Positions 20,901 through 30,941 are shown, counted from the stretch's first letter. The stretch is DNA of 64,000 nt from Patescibacteria group bacterium (GCA_041662585.1 JBAZSG010000005.1:4181-68180); one strand, 5' to 3'. Made by a program: numbers and translations. The notes: a model not told the origin generated them from the sequence alone.

Positions 20901-21293
20901 ATGCTTTCTACAAAACAAAAAAGACAATTGCTATTTTTATTATTGGCTGCTTTGTGGGGTTATCTTATTTTTTATTTATCCAATACTCCTGATTTAGCTA
21001 CTGACTTACCACATCAATATGATTTTATTTTACGTAAATTGGCTCATGTTTTTGTTTTTTTAATTTTGACCTATCTGGTAGCCTCTAGTTTAGATAGTCA
21101 GCAAAGACATTATTTACTTTTTGTGATTATTGCCGCTATTGTTTATGCTTTTACTGATGAGCTTCACCAGACATTTGTACATGGCAGAGTGGGTAGTGGA
21201 CGTGATATATTGGTAGATTCTATTGGGGTTTATTTTGGCATATGGTTATATAAAGTTTATCCACCCACTAAATTATTTAAATATCTAAAATAA
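20901..21293 (+). CDS. VanZ-like membrane protein
   Basis: LRKLAHVFVFLILTYL...DELHQTFVHGRVGSGRDILVDSIG. 130 aa. Confidence 0.6.
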   Translation: MLSTKQKRQLLFLLLAALWGYLIFYLSNTPDLATDLPHQYDFILRKLAHVFVFLILTYLVASSLDSQQRHYLLFVIIAAIVYAFTDELHQTFVHGRVGSGRDILVDSIGVYFGIWLYKVYPPTKLFKYLK

Positions 21294-21311
21294 ATTTTTT
21301 TTAATCTCTTC

Positions 21312-21376
21312 TAAGCTTCTATTAATATGTGAAGCTTTTTTTGTAATAAAAAATCCCCCTGTTAAGGGGGATTTAG
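21312..21376. terminator. Two hairpins forming a convergent terminator pair
   Basis: AAGCTTC-loop-GAAGCTT followed by a T7 run serves the plus strand. aaaaaaTCCCCC-tgttaa-GGGGGAttt serves minus-strand rplT. Confidence 0.55.
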
Positions 21377-21386
21377 GGGGTTGAAT

Positions 21387-21734
21387 TTATTTTTTCATTT
21401 CGGCAACAATTTTTGCAAAAGCCTTTGGATCAGTTTCAGCAATTTGTGATAGCACTTTTCGATCTAATTCACATTTTTTAAGCGTCATGGCGTGAATAAA
21501 AGAAGAATATTTCCAGTCTAGTTGATGAAGAGCAGCATTGAGTTTGGTTTGCCACAATCTGCGGTTTACTCCTTTTTTGTCGCGTCTATCACGCATAGCA
21601 TGTGTACCGGCGTGTAGTATAGCTTCTTTAGCTTGTTTTATATTGTTTTTACGACCCCATCTGTATCCTTTGGTTTTAGCAAGGATATTTTTTCTTCTTT
21701 TGACATGGGTAGTGCCTCTTTTTACTCTTGGCAT
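21387..21734 (-). CDS. rplT: 50S ribosomal protein L20
   Basis: MPRVKRGTTHVKRRKNILAKTKGYRWGRKN. 115 aa. Confidence 0.9.
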   Translation of the reverse strand: MPRVKRGTTHVKRRKNILAKTKGYRWGRKNNIKQAKEAILHAGTHAMRDRRDKKGVNRRLWQTKLNAALHQLDWKYSSFIHAMTLKKCELDRKVLSQIAETDPKAFAKIVAEMKK

Positions 21735-21760
21735 AATGTTATTGTAGGTTCTTTAGAAAT

Positions 21761-21955
21761 TTATAAATAAGGTAATAGTGTTTTAATTGTTTTGACATTG
21801 ACAGATGATATTTCTTTATCACGTTTTTTGTTTTTAGTAACCTTTGAAGATTCTCTAGAATTAAAATGATCTTGTCCACCTCTACGGATAAGCACTTTTT
21901 TCTTGGCAGTTATTTTTACTCTCTTTTTTACTAATTTTTTTGTCTTCAATTTCAT
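21761..21955 (-). CDS. rpmI: 50S ribosomal protein L35
   Basis: MKLKTKKLVKKRVKITAKKKVLIRRGG. 64 aa. Confidence 0.85.
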   Translation of the reverse strand: MKLKTKKLVKKRVKITAKKKVLIRRGGQDHFNSRESSKVTKNKKRDKEISSVNVKTIKTLLPYL

Positions 21956-21972
21956 AGTATTGTTAAATGGAA

Positions 21973-22476
21973 TTATTTTTTAGCGATTACTACACTTAGT
22001 ACAGCACCCATTTGTTGTATACCTTTATCATCAAATGTATACTCGCCTTCTAAGTCTTCTACAAATTGTTTGATTACTTCTTTGGCTTTGTCTTTAAAGG
22101 CATAAGCTTTTTCTCTACCTTTTAGTCTTAATTCTATCTTGACATTATGACCTTTGGCCAAAAATTTTTCTACTTGTTTTTGTTTTACCAACATATCATG
22201 TTGGCCGATTTTTAGTGACAATCTTACACCTTTGGTTTCAATTTGTTTTATTTTTTTTTCGCTTCTACTTTGTTGAAATTTAAATTTGCCATGATCAATA
22301 ATTTTGCATACGGGGGGATTGGCCAGAGGAGAGACCTCTACCAAATCCAAGCCTTTTTCAATTGCCAAAGCCAAGGCTTGTTGAGTTGGCATTACACCGA
22401 GTTGTTCATTTTCTTCTCCAATCACTCGGACTTCTGCGGCACGTATTTGCCTATTCATCCAATATTTTTTGGTCAT
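21973..22476 (-). CDS. infC: Translation initiation factor IF-3
   Basis: IRAAEVRVIGEENEQLGVMP N-domain and a C-domain. Standard infC-rpmI-rplT operon order. The true start is probably internal, and IF-3 often uses an unusual start codon. Confidence 0.85.
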   Translation of the reverse strand: MTKKYWMNRQIRAAEVRVIGEENEQLGVMPTQQALALAIEKGLDLVEVSPLANPPVCKIIDHGKFKFQQSRSEKKIKQIETKGVRLSLKIGQHDMLVKQKQVEKFLAKGHNVKIELRLKGREKAYAFKDKAKEVIKQFVEDLEGEYTFDDKGIQQMGAVLSVVIAKK

Positions 22477-22531
22477 GATTTTTGCTTTGTTTCTTCTATT
22501 TGTTCTAATAACTTTATTTTAAGTTATAAAA

Positions 22532-22918
22532 TGGTGGAGATGAGGGGTATTACACCCCTGTCTGACAAATGTCCTAATACACTTCTACAAGTTTAGTCAA
22601 TCTTGTTGTTTAAATTGTTGGCTCTAAAACTGACAAAAAACCAACAACCGAGTTAGATTGGGGGATTCAAAATATTTGTACTAACACCAAATATTTTTAG
22701 CCTGAAAAAATATGACGCTTCTAGTTAATCTCAGGCAGATTAGCCTAGAAACGGTCGAGGCACTTTTAAGCCAAGACTGGCGCAAAGCTAGGAACTTTGA
22801 AAAGCTCTTTTACTTTGGCAAAAGTGTTTTCTGCACTTAATTTTTTGTAATTTTGGCGAGATTACGAACTCAACTTGCTATATATCACTTCATCTGACAT
22901 CAAATAAAAAACATCCCC
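22532..22918 (-). ncRNA. ssrA: Putative tmRNA (ssrA), about 387 nt
   Basis: The minus strand begins GGGGATG... 4 nt after the smpB stop. It ends ...CAGGGGTGTAATACCCCTCATCTCCACCA. This forms a 7-bp acceptor stem with G3.U70 (Ala identity), discriminator A and CCA. The T-arm is GGGG/CCCC with a non-canonical loop TGTAATA. A candidate tag ORF ends ...GCGCCAGTCTTGGCTTAA (..APVLA*). Confidence 0.55.
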
Positions 22919-22922
22919 TAAA

Positions 22923-23375
22923 TTAAAAACTCTTTAGTTTTCGTAAAATGCTCCTATTGATATCTTTTCTTTTGATATCTTCTCGTTTGTCAAATTTCTT
23001 TTTTCCTTTAACTAAGGCTATTTTTACCTTAATTAACCTTCGCGTAGTATACACTGAAATAGGTACTATTGTCAAGCCTTTTTCATTGGTTTTATTCGAT
23101 AAATAAGCTATTTCTTTTTTAGTCAAAAGTAATCTTCTATCGGCATCTGTATGGTAATTTTGTTTACTTTGCAAAGAAGCCTTAGAATATATTGGAATAT
23201 GCATTTTTTTGATGTATGCTTGGCCATTTTTGAGAGAAACAAAAGCTCCTTTGAGACTAATATGCCCAGTTTTAATGGATTTTACTTCAGCTCCATTCAA
23301 AGCTAAACCAGCTTCAAACTCTTCTAAAATTTTGAAGTTATGACCGATTTGTTTGTTATGGGCAACTGTAGGCAT
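22923..23375 (-). CDS. smpB: SsrA-binding protein SmpB
   Basis: GLALNGAEVKSIKTGHISLKGAFVSL. The upstream in-frame extension to 23426 is probably not translated. Confidence 0.85.
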   Translation of the reverse strand: MPTVAHNKQIGHNFKILEEFEAGLALNGAEVKSIKTGHISLKGAFVSLKNGQAYIKKMHIPIYSKASLQSKQNYHTDADRRLLLTKKEIAYLSNKTNEKGLTIVPISVYTTRRLIKVKIALVKGKKKFDKREDIKRKDINRSILRKLKSF

Positions 23376-23643
23376 ATATTTAGTATTTTGTGCGTTAACT
23401 ATAAGATATTTTAGCTTATTTGACAAGAATAAGCATTTAGGTTTAAAAATGCTATTTTTTGTTTATTTTAAAATTCGCTATACTATATATATGGAAAGTA
23501 GACAAAGGAATATATTGATATCACTAGGTATCATTGTTGTAGTTGTTTTTATATTTACCTTGATAGTTAGATACGGCATGCATATGTTTTTTGATGATTT
23601 TGATTATTTTAAAGCTTTTTAAATATTATTAATAATAAAAAAT

Positions 23644-23862
23644 ATGTTTGGATTAATTTTGGTAATTTTGGGTATCCTTTTCTTGTTTGAAGAAATGGGG
23701 ATTATCCGTGGTGATTTTTGGGGTTATTTTTGGCCAATTATCTTGATTGTTATTGGACTAAATTTGATGAAGAAAGATAAATTTAGTATGGATTGTTGTA
23801 ATTTTTGGGGACAGTCTAAGAAAAAAGATAATAATACTCATAAAGTGGTAGACGAACAATAA
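23644..23862 (+). CDS. Small two-TM protein resembling the LiaF/PspC-type N-terminal TM domain
   Basis: ILVILGILFLFEEMGI...FWPIILIVIGLNLM. 72 aa. Confidence 0.3.
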   Translation: MFGLILVILGILFLFEEMGIIRGDFWGYFWPIILIVIGLNLMKKDKFSMDCCNFWGQSKKKDNNTHKVVDEQ

Positions 23863-24251
23863 TGAATCAGATTGTTGGAGAAAAAGAATCGCAGGTCACT
23901 ATAAAGCGGTCCAAGTTTTTGGGCTTTGCTTTTTATGTAGCTAGTGTCAAACAAGTAGCTGATATTTTGGAAAGTTTTGAAGGTAAATACAAAGGCTCAG
24001 TACATACAGTCTATGCTTATCGTTTACAAGAAGAGGGAGTTCCATATGAAAAATTTGACAATGACAAAGAGCCAGTTGGTTCAGCTGGCCAACCAATTCT
24101 TTATTTGCTACAAAAAAAAGACATTATGAATTGTTTGATAGTAGTGGTGAGATATTTTGGTGGTGTACTTCTAGGGACAGGAGGATTGGTCAGGGCTTAT
24201 ACTCAAGCAGCACAGGAGACTTTGGAGGATAATTTATGTTTAAAAAAATAG
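23862..24251 (+). CDS. YigZ/IMPACT-family protein (UPF0029 N-domain)
   Basis: KRSKFLGFAF...TVYAYRL...DNDKEPVGSAGQPIL...VVVVRYFGGVLLGTGGLVRAY. Confidence 0.7.
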   Translation: MNQIVGEKESQVTIKRSKFLGFAFYVASVKQVADILESFEGKYKGSVHTVYAYRLQEEGVPYEKFDNDKEPVGSAGQPILYLLQKKDIMNCLIVVVRYFGGVLLGTGGLVRAYTQAAQETLEDNLCLKK

Positions 24252-24805
24252 AAACTAGAAATATAAATATAGCTGGTCAAGAATATGAATATACTCTTCG
24301 GCGTAGAGCTCGAGTCCGGTATTTAAGGTTGTCTATTGAGCACGATGGAGCGCTTGTTTTAACAGCTCCGTTTACTTATCCAATATTTTTGATAAAACAA
24401 TTTTTGACTAGTCGCATAAATTGGATAGTAGAAGGAGTAAATAAAAAAAAATCTAATCCAACATTATTTGGTATTAGACACAGTGTTATAGAAATAAAGC
24501 AATATAAAAAACAAAGCAGATTATTAGTTGAGGAAAGACTCAAATTTTTTAATCAGCATTATAATTTTAAATATAATAAAATAGCAATTCGTAATCAAAA
24601 AAGCCGTTGGGGGTCATGTTCATCATCAAAAAATTTGAATTTTAATTACCGTTTGGCTATATTAGCACCTGAATTAGCTGATTATATTATTGTTCATGAA
24701 CTTTGTCATTTACAAGAAATGAACCATTCTGTCAAGTTTTGGTCCTTAGTTGAAAAGACTATTCCAGATTATAAAAAAAGACAGAAACAATTAAAGAAAA
24801 TTTAG
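24236..24805 (+). CDS. DUF45/YgjP-like HExxH metallohydrolase
   Basis: The characteristic HExxH motif IIVHELCHLQEMNHSVKFW is near the C-terminus. 189 aa. Confidence 0.6.
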   Translation: MFKKIETRNINIAGQEYEYTLRRRARVRYLRLSIEHDGALVLTAPFTYPIFLIKQFLTSRINWIVEGVNKKKSNPTLFGIRHSVIEIKQYKKQSRLLVEERLKFFNQHYNFKYNKIAIRNQKSRWGSCSSSKNLNFNYRLAILAPELADYIIVHELCHLQEMNHSVKFWSLVEKTIPDYKKRQKQLKKI

Positions 24806-24901
24806 CTAACTTTAGCTAAATTTTTTGATTATTAATAATTTGAAAAAAGCAGCTACTTCTGTTAAAATTATTAATACTAAGTATAATAAATAATAAATAT
24901 T

Positions 24902-25402
24902 ATGAATGGCAAGACAAAAGCAAGAGAAGATTTTTTATCTTGGGATGATACTTTTATGCTTATGGCTGATCTTATAGCCAAAAGGTCAAAGGACCCCTCT
25001 ACACAAACTGGTTCAGTTATAGTTGATCAAAATAATGTTGTTCTTGGGTTGGGGTATAATGGTTTTCCTCGTGGCACAAAAGAAGGTGATTTTCCTTGGG
25101 ATAGAGAGGGTGGTTATGAAAAAGACGAATTTTTAAAAACCAAATATCCTTATGTAGTGCACGCTGAAGTAAATGCCATATTTAATTCTAATAACAAAAT
25201 TGAAGGAGCTAAAATGTATTGTCATCTTTTTCCTTGTAATGAGTGTGCTAAAGCCATAATTCAAAATGGTGTTAAAGAATTAATATATCAAGAAGATAAA
25301 TATAATGACGTTGATATTTTTCAAGCATCTCGAAAACTTTTTGATGCAGCCGGAATAAAAGTTCGTCAATATATACCAACTAAAAAATTAGAAATAAAGT
25401 AA
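24902..25402 (+). CDS. dCMP deaminase (CMP/dCMP deaminase zinc-binding family)
   Basis: HAEVNAI ... PCNECAKAI zinc ligands. 166 aa. Confidence 0.8.
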   Translation: MNGKTKAREDFLSWDDTFMLMADLIAKRSKDPSTQTGSVIVDQNNVVLGLGYNGFPRGTKEGDFPWDREGGYEKDEFLKTKYPYVVHAEVNAIFNSNNKIEGAKMYCHLFPCNECAKAIIQNGVKELIYQEDKYNDVDIFQASRKLFDAAGIKVRQYIPTKKLEIK

Positions 25403-25944
25403 TGGCAAAGATAATTTTGGGATTTACAGGGCTTATAGCAAGTGGTAAAGGGACTGCTGCTGAATACTTAAAAGAAAAATATGGAGCAGATACTTTTCGT
25501 TTTTCTACAATGTTAAGAGATGTAATGGATCGTTTATATATACCCCAATCAAGAGAAAATTTTCAAATCATCTCACCTGTCTTAAGAAAAGCTTTTGGGC
25601 AGGACTTGATGGCTAAAGTAATGGCGGAAGATGTTAAAAATTCTAAAGCAGAGATAATAGTTGTAGAGGGAATGCGTCGACCAGCAGATATAGAATATTT
25701 AAAAGATGTTCCTGGTTTTAGAATGGTAGCTATAGATGTGGACATTAAAACACGTTATGAGAGACTTATAAAACGGAGTGAGAATACAGATGATATAACA
25801 AAAACTTTTGAACAGTTTAAAAAAGAGCATGAAGCAGAAACAGAAATTTATATTCCAGAATTAATGAAACAAGCAGATTTTACAATTGATAATAATGGGA
25901 CATTAGAAGAATTATACAAACAATTAGACAAATTATTAAAATGA
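25402..25944 (+). CDS. P-loop nucleoside/nucleotide kinase (dNMP/cytidylate-kinase-like)
   Basis: [18 protein letters not shown]-loop. 180 aa. Embedded in a dTTP-pathway gene cluster. The exact substrate cannot be assigned from sequence. Confidence 0.5.
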   Translation: MAKIILGFTGLIASGKGTAAEYLKEKYGADTFRFSTMLRDVMDRLYIPQSRENFQIISPVLRKAFGQDLMAKVMAEDVKNSKAEIIVVEGMRRPADIEYLKDVPGFRMVAIDVDIKTRYERLIKRSENTDDITKTFEQFKKEHEAETEIYIPELMKQADFTIDNNGTLEELYKQLDKLLK

Positions 25945-26837
25945 AACAATATTTAGATTTACTGCAAAAAATAATGGATGAGGGTGTAGATAAAGGTGAC
26001 CGCACTGGCGTGGGTACACGCAGTGTTTTTGGTGCTCAAGCTAGATTTGATTTGTCCGAAGGTTTCCCGCTACTGACCACCAAAAAAATGTTTTTAAAAG
26101 CCATTATTCATGAGCTGATTTGGTTTGTGAGAGGTGATACCAATATCAAATATTTAGTTGACAATGGTGTCAGGATTTGGAATGAATGGCCTTACCAAAA
26201 ATACTTAGAGGCTAATAATCTGGCTGATAAATACAAAAAATATACTCCCGAGTGGGAAGAGAAAATGGCCGAATTTGTGGAGAATGTTAAGAGTGATGCT
26301 GAGTTTGCTAGCAAGTGGGGAGATTTGGGACCAGTGTATGGCAAACAATGGCGAGATTTCGGAGGAGTAGATCAGTTGATGGATATAATAGAAAGAATAA
26401 AGAAAAATCCCAATGACAGACGCATGATAGTTTCAGCTTGGAATCCACCAGAGATTCCTCAGATGGCTTTGCCACCTTGTCATTTACTTTTTCAATTTTA
26501 TGTGGCTGACGGAAAATTGTCACTACAAATGTATCAGCGTAGTTGTGATACATTTCTAGGTGTACCATTTAATATTGCTTCTTATTCACTGCTACTTATG
26601 ATGGTTGCTCAAGTAACAGGACTTAAACCTGGAACATTTGTGCATGTCTATGGTGATTTACATATTTATACTAATCATTTTGATCAAGTTAAAGAACAAT
26701 TATCTAGGCAGCCCAAGCCACTACCAATTATGAAAATCAATCCAGCTGTCAAAAAGATTGAAGATTTTGTTTATGAAGATTTTACTTTAGAGGGTTACGA
26801 TCCTTATCCAACTATTAAAGCACCGATTGCTGTATAA
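25941..26837 (+). CDS. thyA: Thymidylate synthase ThyA (long form with an insertion)
   Basis: MKQYLDLL...DRTGVGT...PPCH..FQFYV...[10 protein letters not shown]. 298 aa. Confidence 0.9.
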   Translation: MKQYLDLLQKIMDEGVDKGDRTGVGTRSVFGAQARFDLSEGFPLLTTKKMFLKAIIHELIWFVRGDTNIKYLVDNGVRIWNEWPYQKYLEANNLADKYKKYTPEWEEKMAEFVENVKSDAEFASKWGDLGPVYGKQWRDFGGVDQLMDIIERIKKNPNDRRMIVSAWNPPEIPQMALPPCHLLFQFYVADGKLSLQMYQRSCDTFLGVPFNIASYSLLLMMVAQVTGLKPGTFVHVYGDLHIYTNHFDQVKEQLSRQPKPLPIMKINPAVKKIEDFVYEDFTLEGYDPYPTIKAPIAV

Positions 26838-26839
26838 TT

Positions 26840-27325
26840 ATGTCAAAACCAATTATCAGTTTAATAGCAGCCATTGCCAAAGATAGAGGCATAGGATACC
26901 AAAATAAATTACTGGTGCATTTGTCACCAGATTTACAGCATTTTAAATCTGTTACTTCTGGACATATGGTTATCATGGGTCAGAATACCTATGAATCAAT
27001 GGGTAAGGCATTGCCCAAGCGAGAAAATATAGTATTAACCCGTGATCCAAATTTTAAAGTTGGCGATGCTAAAGTAATGTATTCTATTGAAGAAGCGTTA
27101 GAGTATGCTAAAAACTCTAGTGAAGAAGAAATTTTTTTTATTGGTGGAGCATCTATTTATGCTCAGTCAATTAAATTTGCCGATAAACTGTATTTGACTT
27201 TGATTGATAAGATTTGGCCAGCTGATACTTTTTTTCCGGAGTATGAAGAATTTAAATTAGTATCAGAATCTGACATGCAAGATTATAATGGTATTAAATT
27301 TAAATATATAGAATTAACCAAATAA
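26840..27325 (+). CDS. folA: Dihydrofolate reductase
   Basis: ISLIAAIAKDRGIG...VIMGQNTYESMG...LTRD...IGGASIY. 161 aa. Confidence 0.85.
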   Translation: MSKPIISLIAAIAKDRGIGYQNKLLVHLSPDLQHFKSVTSGHMVIMGQNTYESMGKALPKRENIVLTRDPNFKVGDAKVMYSIEEALEYAKNSSEEEIFFIGGASIYAQSIKFADKLYLTLIDKIWPADTFFPEYEEFKLVSESDMQDYNGIKFKYIELTK

Positions 27326-27330
27326 ATATC

Positions 27331-27570
27331 ATGTGGGATTTAATATCACAGTGGTTTATTGCTATATTAGGAGTGTTGGCTATTGTCATGGTGGCTAAGA
27401 AAAATAAGTGGGGTTTTGTAATCGGTTTAATTTCTCAACCATTTTGGTTTATTACTTCTTTTTCAAATCACCAATGGGGAGTGTTTATTATGAGTTTTGC
27501 CGCCACGGCTAGTTGGATGTTGGGTGTTTATGAATGGTTTTATAAAAAAGAAAATGAAAATAAAAGCTAA
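27331..27570 (+). CDS. Small hypothetical membrane protein (Trp-rich)
   Basis: 79 aa with two hydrophobic segments. Confidence 0.3.
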   Translation: MWDLISQWFIAILGVLAIVMVAKKNKWGFVIGLISQPFWFITSFSNHQWGVFIMSFAATASWMLGVYEWFYKKENENKS

Positions 27571-27976
27571 AAAAATATATCCAGATGCAATATTGCCTCA
27601 AGCTATGCGAAAAGGTGATGCTGCTTTTGATATTTATTCATACAAAGATTATGCATTACAGCCTGGACAGAGTATTTTGGCTCAAACAGGCGTAGCGCTG
27701 GCCATACCATTTGGATATTGGGGGAACATTAGAGATAGGAGTGGTTTGGCCGCTAAACACAATATTCATACTATGGCCGGTGTGATAGATTCAAATTATA
27801 GGGGAGAAATAAAAATATCCTTAATTAATTTAGGACAGGAAATATATAATATAAAAAAGGGAGACAGAATTTGTCAAATGATAATAGAACGTCATGAGCA
27901 AGTAGAATTAGACGAAGTGGAAAAATTGGATGAGACTAATAGAGGCGAAGATGGTTTTGCCTCTAGTGGATATTAA
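27554..27976 (+). CDS. dut: dUTP diphosphatase
   Basis: dUTPase motifs AAFDIY, RSGLA, GVIDSNYRGE, and the C-terminal RGEDGFASSG. The start was placed at the ATG at 27554; the upstream extension overlaps the previous ORF. Confidence 0.85.
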   Translation: MKIKAKKIYPDAILPQAMRKGDAAFDIYSYKDYALQPGQSILAQTGVALAIPFGYWGNIRDRSGLAAKHNIHTMAGVIDSNYRGEIKISLINLGQEIYNIKKGDRICQMIIERHEQVELDEVEKLDETNRGEDGFASSGY

Positions 27977-27977
27977 T

Positions 27978-28601
27978 ATGGATAAAGGAAAATTTATAGT
28001 AATAGAAGGAGGAGATAAATCTGGTAAAAGTACCCAGATTGCTTTGTTAAAAGATTATTTAGAATCAAAAAATATTGATTTTGTTTTAACTAGAGAACCA
28101 GGTGGCAAAGGATCAGTGATAGCTGAAAAGATTAGAGCCATAATTTTGGACAAAAATCACAAAGAAATGGATTCACGAACAGAGCTATTATTATTTTTAG
28201 CTTCTCGGGCTCAACATGTAGCAGAAATAGTAAAACCGGCCTTGGAAGAAGGTAAGGTAGTAGTATGTGATCGTTTTGATTCTTCTACTTTTGCTTATCA
28301 AGGAGCAGCTCGCAAGCTTGATGTAGAAACAATAAAAGCCATAAATAATTGGGCTAAGTATGGATTAGAAGCGGATTTGGTTATTTATTTGGATATTTCT
28401 CCAGAAGAAGCCGAAAATAGACGTCGTGGTGATAAACATGATAGACTAGATAGAGAGACACAAGAATTTCATCAGGCTGTTAGACAAGGATATTTAGCTC
28501 AAGCCAAAAACAATAATAAGTGGTTTGTAATATCAGCTGTGGGAGAAATAAATGATATTGCTAGTAAGATTTCTGATAAAATAATGATTTTGCTTAAATA
28601 G
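27978..28601 (+). CDS. tmk: Thymidylate kinase
   Basis: FIVIEGGDKSGKSTQ P-loop and DRF motif (DRFDSS). The start was placed at the ATG at 27978. Confidence 0.85.
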   Translation: MDKGKFIVIEGGDKSGKSTQIALLKDYLESKNIDFVLTREPGGKGSVIAEKIRAIILDKNHKEMDSRTELLLFLASRAQHVAEIVKPALEEGKVVVCDRFDSSTFAYQGAARKLDVETIKAINNWAKYGLEADLVIYLDISPEEAENRRRGDKHDRLDRETQEFHQAVRQGYLAQAKNNNKWFVISAVGEINDIASKISDKIMILLK

Positions 28602-28631
28602 ATATAATAGTTGATTATTATTGCGACAAAT

Positions 28632-28678
28632 CCTACACTAGATGCGACTTTGCGTAGCAACGGAGCAATCTGTGTAGG
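28632..28678. other. Conserved ~30-nt motif (AGATGCGACTTTGCGTAGCAACGGAGCA) inside a 7-bp stem, copy 1, in the gatB leader
   Basis: Stem CCTACAC...GTGTAGG flanks the 27-nt core. A second copy with a different but still complementary stem lies at 31065-31113. Confidence 0.4.
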
Positions 28679-28703
28679 AGAGGAGCAATATGAATATAGA
28701 TTT

Positions 28704-30212
28704 ATGAGTAAATACGAAACAATTATTGGATTAGAAATTCACTTGCAGCTCAAGACGAAGAGCAAGATGTTTTGCGCTTGTTCAAATGATGCCGAAGGCA
28801 AAGAGCCGAATACTTTGGTTTGTTCGATTTGTTTGGGTCATCCAGGTACACTGCCAACTGTCAATAAAGAAGCTATCAAGATGGCTATGATGATGTCTTT
28901 GGCTATAAATTGCAAGATAAACAAACAATCAAAATTTGATCGCAAAAATTATTTTTATCCAGATTTGCCCAAAGGATATCAGATATCTCAATTTGACGAA
29001 CCATTGGCTCATAATGGACATTTGATTATTGAAGTAGAAGGTCAGACTTGGAGTATTGGTATTGAAAGACTTCACCTTGAAGAAGATGCTGCCAAAAATA
29101 TTCATAAAGGCAATAAGACTTTGGTGGATTATAATAGAGGAGGCACACCGCTAGCCGAGATTGTTACCAAACCAGATTTTAAAAGTCCCAAAGAAACCAA
29201 AGAATTTTTACAACAACTAAGGCTCATTGCTCGTTATTTGGGAGTATCTGATGCTGACATGGAAAAAGGACACCTGAGGTGTGATGCCAATATATCTCTA
29301 AGACCAATAGGTGACCATGACCTCTATGCCAAAACTGAAGTCAAAAATCTCAATTCATTTAAGGCAGTTGAGAAAGCTTTGATGTTTGAGGAAAAAAGAC
29401 AAGCTAAACTTTGGGATGAAGGTAAGGCTCCTCAAAAGACAGAAACTCGTGGTTGGGATGAAGACAAAGGTGAAACAGTTGCTCAGCGTAGCAAAGAAGG
29501 ATCTTCTGATTATCGGTATTTTCCAGAGCCTGATTTACCACCTCTGATTATTTCTGACAATTTGATGCAAGAGGTATTGTCTTTGATGCCAGAGCTACCA
29601 TATGATAAAAAGGCTAGATTTGTAAAAGAATATGAACTCAAAGGAGATGATGCTTGGATTTTGGTCAATCAAAAAGTGTGGGCCAATTATTTTGAGGAAG
29701 TAATGTCTGATTTGAGAGCTTGGCTTTTTAAAGCCAATGGTTTGTCTGAAGATAGTGAAGCAGCTGCTAATTTGTGGGGTAAAGAAAAAATCAAGCTATC
29801 AAAACTTACTTTCAATTGGATAAGCTCGGAATTATTTGGACTTTTACCTAGCAATTTTGATATTAAAGATTTAAAGATTAGTGCTGAAAATATGGCAGAA
29901 TTTATTAGTTTAATTTATAGAAAAATCATCAATAGTTCTGCAGGACAAATTATACTTAAAGAAATGTTTGCTGGTGCTGATGATGATCCAAGTCATATTG
30001 CTGATCGTTTGAATTTAATACAAATTGATGATGACATAGCAATTGAAACAACCGTATTAGCTGTTATGGAGGCAAATCCAGATCAAGTTGCTAAATATAG
30101 AGCTGGCAAGGATACTTTATTTAAATTTTTTGTAGGAAAAGTTATGGCTATGAGTAAGGGTAGAGCCAATCCACAAAAAGCTGAAGAGATACTGAAGAAA
30201 AAATTAAAATAA
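28704..30212 (+). CDS. gatB: Asp/Glu-tRNA(Asn/Gln) amidotransferase subunit B
   Basis: YETIIGLEIHLQLKT start and GatB/YqeY C-terminal region. Start placed at the ATG at 28704. An in-frame TTG-initiated extension from 28611 contains the conserved motif. Confidence 0.9.
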   Translation: MSKYETIIGLEIHLQLKTKSKMFCACSNDAEGKEPNTLVCSICLGHPGTLPTVNKEAIKMAMMMSLAINCKINKQSKFDRKNYFYPDLPKGYQISQFDEPLAHNGHLIIEVEGQTWSIGIERLHLEEDAAKNIHKGNKTLVDYNRGGTPLAEIVTKPDFKSPKETKEFLQQLRLIARYLGVSDADMEKGHLRCDANISLRPIGDHDLYAKTEVKNLNSFKAVEKALMFEEKRQAKLWDEGKAPQKTETRGWDEDKGETVAQRSKEGSSDYRYFPEPDLPPLIISDNLMQEVLSLMPELPYDKKARFVKEYELKGDDAWILVNQKVWANYFEEVMSDLRAWLFKANGLSEDSEAAANLWGKEKIKLSKLTFNWISSELFGLLPSNFDIKDLKISAENMAEFISLIYRKIINSSAGQIILKEMFAGADDDPSHIADRLNLIQIDDDIAIETTVLAVMEANPDQVAKYRAGKDTLFKFFVGKVMAMSKGRANPQKAEEILKKKLK

Positions 30213-30941
30213 AAAATCTTTAATCAATTTTTTAATTTCAGTTTTACTTTTATTCCAGTATATTTTGATGCCTTGTTTTTCCATCCGTCTGAACCAAGTC
30301 ATTTGTCGTTTGGCATAATGTCTAGTATCTTGTTTTATTTTTTCTATAGCTTTTTCTAGGCTAGTTTTATTGTCCAGATACTCTATTATTTGTCTGTAGC
30401 CAATGCCACTCAAAGATACTAGTTTTTTATTGGGATATTTTTTGTATATCTTTTTTACTTCAGCTATAGAGCCATCACGAAGCATTTTATCAACACGCTT
30501 ATTGATTTTATTATATAATTTTTCTCTATCTGGATTAATGCCTAGTACTATAAATTCATAAGGACATTCTCTTAAAGATGGTCTTTGGGGATGCATATCA
30601 TAATTTTGGATAACAGAACAAATGTATAAGCCAGTGCCACCACAAATAATAGGTATTTTATTATTTTTTAGTATTTTTTTTATTTTAGCAAAAGCAGCTT
30701 GTTGCCAATTGTATAGGGAATAGTCTTGATCAGGATTCACTACATCCAATAGATGGTGTTTTATACCAGCCATTTCGCTTTTAGTAATTTTGTTGCTAGC
30801 AATATCCATACCTTTGTATATTTGACGAGAGTCAGCAGAAATTATTTCACCATTAAAATTTTTAGCAACATAAACTGCCAAAGCTGATTTTCCAGAAGCC
30901 GTTGGACCTAAAATTATTATTATTTTTTGTTTATTTTTCAT
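30204..30941 (-). CDS. miaA: tRNA dimethylallyltransferase (short form)
   Basis: IIIILGPTASGKSALAV P-loop and ADSRQIYKGMDI. 245 aa. Confidence 0.8.
   Translation of the reverse strand: MKNKQKIIIILGPTASGKSALAVYVAKNFNGEIISADSRQIYKGMDIASNKITKSEMAGIKHHLLDVVNPDQDYSLYNWQQAAFAKIKKILKNNKIPIICGGTGLYICSVIQNYDMHPQRPSLRECPYEFIVLGINPDREKLYNKINKRVDKMLRDGSIAEVKKIYKKYPNKKLVSLSGIGYRQIIEYLDNKTSLEKAIEKIKQDTRHYAKRQMTWFRRMEKQGIKIYWNKSKTEIKKLIKDFLF

Noticed and set aside
22243-22596. Plus-strand 117-aa ORF
   Set aside because: It is antisense to infC and to the putative tmRNA 3' end, with no supporting motifs.
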